Below, piece by piece: positions 57,961 through 64,000 of a DNA stretch of 64,000 nt (position 1 is the stretch's first letter; the number at the start of each line of letters is the position of its first letter). The stretch is taken from positions 100,316,001 through 100,380,000 of the forward strand of contig OZ024742.1 of the NCBI GenBank assembly GCA_964016885.1. The letters run 5' to 3'. The translations under genes were made by a program, and so were the position numbers. The notes below the pieces were generated by a model. The model did no database searches. It was not told the DNA's origin and saw only the letters and a list, made by a program, of their open reading frames with translations. This DNA is from Eledone cirrhosa. Taxonomy: Eukaryota.

Positions 57961-59173
57961 GGACAGACATACACCAGCTTTTGTCCTTCACAGAGGACAA
58001 CACGTACTTCACCTTCCACCACCACACATACAGACAGACAACAGGATTACCCATGGGATCCAGCCTATCGGGCCTGGTGGCCATCGCCTATATGAACCAG
58101 CTAGAACGCGGAGTCCTCAACACCTGCCATTCCCATACCTTCTTCACCCGATATGTAGATGACATACTCATCCTTACATCATCCCGTAAGGAGGCGGATA
58201 AAATATACACGACATTCTTCAGCATGGACGCCAGTATAAAGTTCAGAGTTCAGCATGGAACACCCTGATGACCGCGGATCCTTATCCCTACTGGACTTCC
58301 AACTCAGGGTAACAGAGGAAGGCAACATCCACACCTGCTTCTATAAAAAAGCCACCAGCAGGGACCTGTTTGTACATTTCAAATCGGCCCTCCCAGCCGG
58401 CGCTAAGTTCGGATACATAAGGAACGAACTAACACGTATCCGGAACAAATGCACTGACGCTGGAGACCGAGACACACACACCACACATTTCCTGGAAGTG
58501 CTCAAACTGAACGGATACCCGACGTCCACCACGAACCGTGCCAGAAACAACAGAGGACACTACACCCGAGGCACTAACACCTGCTTCCTGAAGCTCTCAC
58601 ACTTCATTGAGGAAACAACAACAGCCATCCGCAGGGCTATCGGCTGAGAGGGACTAGATATCCAACTAGCCCACTCAGGACCTTCTCTACGCGGACGGCT
58701 AACCAAACGACACTCCACCAGACATGACAGCCGCTGCAGGCTAGTCAACTGCCCCATCAACGACACAGACCTATGCCACCAGGCTTACGTCGTATACAGA
58801 TTAGAATGCGACAAATGCAGCAACTTCTACGTAGGTAGCACCACCAGACCACTTCACATAAGAATAAAAGAACACCTCAATACTAACGCTTCCTCATTTA
58901 AGAAACACCTAGTGAAATGCAAAAACACCGACAAAAACATAACAGTTAGGATAGAAACTAAGGAAAGAAACCTCGGCAATCTTAGAATTAAGGAAGCACT
59001 GATTATAGAAAAAACGCAACCACCAATCAATAATAGACTAGAACTCAACACCCAATTTATAACTTGATAGAGCACCTACGCCATACTTACACCCCCCCCT
59101 CTCACACACACGCACACACACACACACACACACACACGCTTACACCTCCACTTATTCACTTATAAATACAAAC

Positions 59174-59178
<5 letters not shown>
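57961..59178 (+). pseudogene. Inverted second copy of the same PLE, with a frameshift (~58250), a stop (58645) and a deleted 3' UTR
   Basis: Near-identical reverse complement of ~56515-57710. Confidence 0.92.
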
Positions 59179-59240
<62 letters not shown>

Positions 59241-59689
59241 CTAAGTGGCAAACGTTGGATAGTGTTTTGCCCTATTTGTTACAGCTCTGGTCAACTTTTC
59301 CTTTCATACTTTTGAGGTCGATATATAAAATACCTGACAAGTACTGACATCGATTCGATCTCTCATTTTCACCTTCTCTCACTCTCTCTCTCTCAACTTC
59401 TCTCGCTTGCTCTTTCGCTCTCTCTCACCTTCTCTCGCTTGCTCTCTCTCTCAATTTTATTCTCTCTCGCTCTCAGCAATTGGCTGTGTTCAGATGTGGA
59501 CAGTGGTGGGCCCTGCAAGGTTAGGAAATGCCCAAAACACGTTTTATATCACCACGACACCCTTACAAAGTCATAAGAACCTATGATATATAAACAACAT
59601 TGTTTTATGTTAGTTTTCCATGTTTGCATGTGGCGAACGAATCCTTCCAATTCAAAGTCTCCCCACTTGTTCTTTTCCTTTGTCATTTC

Positions 59690-60165
59690 CTTTGTTAGAT
59701 AGTTTCGTGAGGTGAACTTTCACCACTTCTGTCCAGGTATTTTTGTCTTCCTGCTCCATCCATTTGTAACTTTTGGTATGGTCATTATCCACATGCATTG
59801 GTCGTTATCCATATGTATTAGACGCTCTAACCTGCGCAAACCTGTCTCTTGCATGCTACATTTGATTACTCTTGCGCATACTTATTCTCTTAGTTCATTC
59901 TTGTTACATTGCCGTTGCACATTAATATTACACATACAAAGGACCACACTCTATTCTTTTCTTTCCAGGCTTTGCTTATTGTCCACATTTACTTCCTATA
60001 TCTCGCTGTTATTCAACATTGCATTTCTAACACGAGCTTCATGTAGTCTACTCTTTGCCCAGAGAGAATATCATTTGTTAACAAACAGAGATAGTATTTC
60101 CCTGAACTTTTTCCATCCCGTTTTTATTCTAAACCCTATGCTTTCAGGGCAACCTTCCCACTGTT
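59690..60165 (-). mobile_element. Old RTE-like LINE RT C-terminal fragment
   Basis: Reverse complement reads RIKTGWKKFREILSLF...KSRLHEARVRNAML with stops. Confidence 0.55.
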
Positions 60166-60172
60166 TGTTAAC

Positions 60173-60260
<88 letters not shown>

Positions 60261-60854
60261 TTAGTGAGAAGTGAAATGAGAGAGACGATGTGTACTCACA
60301 AGTAAACAGTAGTTTAAATGATTACTACATAATATGACATAATATATTAATCCAGACCGAAAAGATGCTACCAAATTATTCTTGGTTGTGAATGATTCTC
60401 GTTGATTATGGAATATAAACCCATCGGTTTCGACGGCCACGTGTACTCTTAAAGGAATTCTCTGAGAGATTCTGCTTGGCAAAGTGTGTAACATGGCTGG
60501 CCTTTTGAATTACATGTGTAGAGTAACGGTATGATCCCAAGATGTCACGCAGTGGGGTCGAACCTGGAATCTCATGACTGGGAAGTGAATTTTTTAATCA
60601 TTCGGCCATGCGTACATTCACGATTCCCCTATAAAGTAGGTGAAATAACTTCCCGTGACCTGCTCTGAAATGTTTATATTGTAAATATAACTGGAAAAAC
60701 ATCCACTGTAGCTTCTAAACGGATGCTACAAGGCACTTTCTGCACAGATGTTGATAGATTTGTAAAGTTGTTTCTGTTTATATATACAGCCTCCCCTATG
60801 TCGCAAAATCTCATAACAAGATAAATTGCTGACACTGTCCACTTAACTCATAAT

Positions 60855-61040
60855 TGTTTCTACTTTTGGCACAAGGCCAGCAATTGTCTCAGTGTATTAC
60901 TGGTACTTTATTTTATCGACCCCGTAAGGATGAAAGGTAAAATTAACCACGGCGAGATTTGAACTCAGATCATAAAGGGCCGTACCTCTTTGCTGCAAAG
61001 CATGGCGTCCGACCTTCTACCGATACTGCCAATCCGCCGC
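60855..61040 (-). mobile_element. Full-length SINE family A with 10-bp TSD
   Basis: aactcataat at 60845-60854 and 61041-61050. Confidence 0.92.
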
Positions 61041-61137
61041 AACTCATAATGGAGTCATAGAGGCTCCGTCATACGGTGTTTTGGACATTTTAAACCTGAC
61101 CACGCTCATTTATCTGGTTTCATCATAGCCGATTTCT

Positions 61138-61208
<71 letters not shown>

Positions 61209-61632
61209 AATTGGTCCCAGTATTACACTCAGTGGTACTTTATTTATCTACTCCAAAATGATAAAAAGCAAAGACAGCCTCGGGGAAATTTGAACTCAAT
61301 GTAAAGAATCGGAATAAATGCTTCAAAAGATTCTCCAGTGCGCTACCTAAAAGTAATGCATAAACACAAATAATTTTACAATAGCAAATGTTTCACACCA
61401 TTCACCAGTAACAATACTGCCATCCCCAGCACCAAAACAATACCTCTACATTTGCAATTATATTACTACCAGCCACAATATAATGTCATAACATCAACAA
61501 AATGAACGTAGAAAGCACAAAACTGATTTCAACAACTCTAACTGAAAACCAAAAAATAACATTTTACGACGATTGCCACAATAAGTGTTAGTTCTACTAC
61601 TACTACTACTAATAATAATAATAATAATAATA

Positions 61633-61680
<48 letters not shown>

Positions 61681-61943
61681 TTACAACCACTACCACTATT
61701 ACTACTATACTAATATTACAATCACTACTACTACCAGTACCATCACCAACATTACTATTACTCTGTAACAATAATAAAGACAGTGAAAACAGTGAAAACA
61801 GCCACTTACTGATTTTAATACTTGTGGAAGTACAAGAAAAGAAAATAGACCAAAATTCTTGGAAACTCAGAATCTTCGAACATAACCGCCTGCTGTGCTT
61901 CACGATGTATCTTAGACAACTCGTTATATTATATACCTTAGCT

Positions 61944-62598
61944 AAGGCGGTGGATTCGCAGAGGAATCCTTAGTGTATTGGATCAAATATATTGCGGCAT
62001 TTAGTCAAGGTTCATTATGTTCTGAGTTCAAATCTGGCCGAGGTCAACCTTGCTTCTCATCATTCCGAGGTCAATAGAATATAGCACCAGTGAAGTACTG
62101 TGGTTGGTTTAATCAATTTTCCCCTCCCCATAAATTACTGACCTTGTGCCTACATTTAGAAATCGTTATTTTAGTGTGGTAAATTGGCAGAATCGGTAGA
62201 ACAACCGATTAAATATCATTGCGGTATTTCTTCTGGCTCTATACATTCTGAGTTCAAATCCGGTCGCGGTCAGTTTTGCCATCCATCATTCAGGGGTCCA
62301 TAAAATAAACTACCACTCAAGTACTGGAGATTAATTAATCCGTTTTTCCGCTAGACTCAAAATTGCTTGCCTTGTGCTTATATTACAAATCATATCTCGT
62401 GTCGGAAAAAATGCTTTGCGGTATTTGTTCCGGCTCTTTACGTTCTGAGTTCAAATCTCACCGAAGGCCACTTTACCATCACATCCTTCCGAGGTCGATA
62501 ACGCAAATTTCAAGAAAAAATAAGGAAGCCGACATAGATTACCTCCCTTAGCTCCCCGCTCCCCAAATAAGTGGCCTTGTGCGTAAATTAGAAATCAT
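61944..62598 (+). mobile_element. Three tandem diverged SINE family A copies
   Basis: ttctgagttcaaatc B boxes at ~62020, ~62247 and ~62443, each followed by core and tail. Confidence 0.75.
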
Positions 62599-62908
62599 GT
62601 GAAAAGCCTGAAATTTTTCATTTCTTTATACTACCATAGAACAGTCGATTCCTACTTGTGATATAACAATTCCTTTTTCTAGAACATTCCTCATTTATTT
62701 TATTATTATTGGTTATTTTCGCTAGAATCCTTAGGCAAGGTCATCAGTCATGAACTGCTGGTAGTAGCGTTCATTTTACACAATAAAAAATCTACAAAAC
62801 ATAAAATGTATTTCTTGTTTACTTTCGCTAGAAAGTTTTCTTTGGTGAACGCACCAAGTCAGGTTGAGAATATATATATACACACATATATATGTATATG
62901 TGTATATA

Positions 62909-62950
<42 letters not shown>

Positions 62951-62988
62951 CTGTCTGTCTGTCTGTGTATATATATATATATGTGTGC

Positions 62989-63115
<127 letters not shown>

Positions 63116-63493
63116 TTACACAATAATCAAAACTATGTTCAAAACATTTTATTGCTGACAATCGTTTCTTCCAAACTTTCGTTTGGAATCATCGGAGCAC
63201 TAGCAAAGTTTAGACATATAATTAACTTCCTATTCGACAGAACAAATATATAGATACATAGATATTAATGTTGTCATCAACAGTTTCATATTTACAGAGT
63301 GGAGATGTTAAGGGGAATGTCAGTGGATGTGACAGAGATTACAAAATAAGAAAGTTACTCGCAAAACGAGGACATTAGCAGTACATACACAAGCGTATAA
63401 AGAGTGCAAAAGTGTTAGGCATGTATAGGATAGCTAGGTAGGAAACAGGTAATGGTTCTAGGCATATATATTACAGTATGGCAAAGGTATCAC

Positions 63494-63579
<86 letters not shown>

Positions 63580-63584
<5 letters not shown>

Positions 63585-64000
63585 GTTTGAATTTGGAAAG
63601 CCAAACAATGCAGGTATGGACATAGAATAAAAATACAAATGCAAAAGATATTGTTGACAATTAGTCTTTACCTTAGATTTATTTAAATGTCCTTAATTTA
63701 CGAGATAATATCTCTTCTTCGAAGAAGAGATATTATCTCGAAAATTAAGGACATTTAAATAAATCTAAGGTAAAAGACTAATTGTCAACAATATCTTTGT
63801 TGTGATATAGAATATCTATACCATTTGTTCAACCTTTGTATCAATCTTTGTTGTGATATAGAGTATCTATACCATTTCCTGTCAGCATGACTTGGCAAGC
63901 TATTTAGAACACTGGTTTAACCGCTTTACTTCCCTCCGAAGAAGAGATATTATCTCGAAAATTAAGGACATTTAAATAAATCTAAGGTAAAAGACTAATT
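63580..64000. mobile_element. Rearranged 3' terminal repeats of the 56-59 kb PLE, with a ~155-bp palindrome and a hammerhead at 63933-63967 (+)
   Basis: Palindrome ~63644-63798 centred on tcttcttc|gaagaaga (63720/63721); intact cct CCGAAGA...GAAA at TA agg copy downstream. Confidence 0.88.

Larger units (their letters stand above)
56030..57965 (-). mobile_element. Penelope-like retroelement, 5'-truncated (RT, GIY-YIG, 3' UTR with hammerhead)
   Basis: RT motifs GFSLDVVSLYT (~57790-57825), YRQTTGLPMGSSLS, RYVDD, LLDF; nuclease VVYRLECDKC...YVGST...RIKEH...FKEALII...PINN. Confidence 0.93.

Noticed and set aside
62708-62752. Minus-strand CTGATGA...GAAA motif
   Set aside because: Stem I does not pair and stem II does not close at the core

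Overview
This is AT-rich, repeat-saturated animal DNA. The SINE families and the very dense (TA)n/(CA)n/(GA)n tracts suggest an octopod cephalopod, which is an inference. I see no confidently recognisable host gene, and most ORFs in the track are microsatellite translation artefacts. Recognisable elements: an internally deleted mariner transposon, small TIR MITEs, a probable Helitron fragment, RTE-type LINE fragments, about 25 tRNA-derived SINE copies, two minisatellite arrays, and several Penelope-like retroelements (PLEs; RT and/or GIY-YIG), often in inverted (foldback) form next to (TA)n tracts. The main non-obvious signal is about 12 type I hammerhead ribozyme motifs, plus partial copies, from about seven unrelated families. 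Most have short palindromic stem III sequences (AAUU, ACGU, ACCAUGGU, ACGAUCGU, AUGCGCAU). Several have unusual features: a U3-A8 covariant core, a U4C core, or a stem II insert of about 110 nt. All folds were read by eye and none has been tested.
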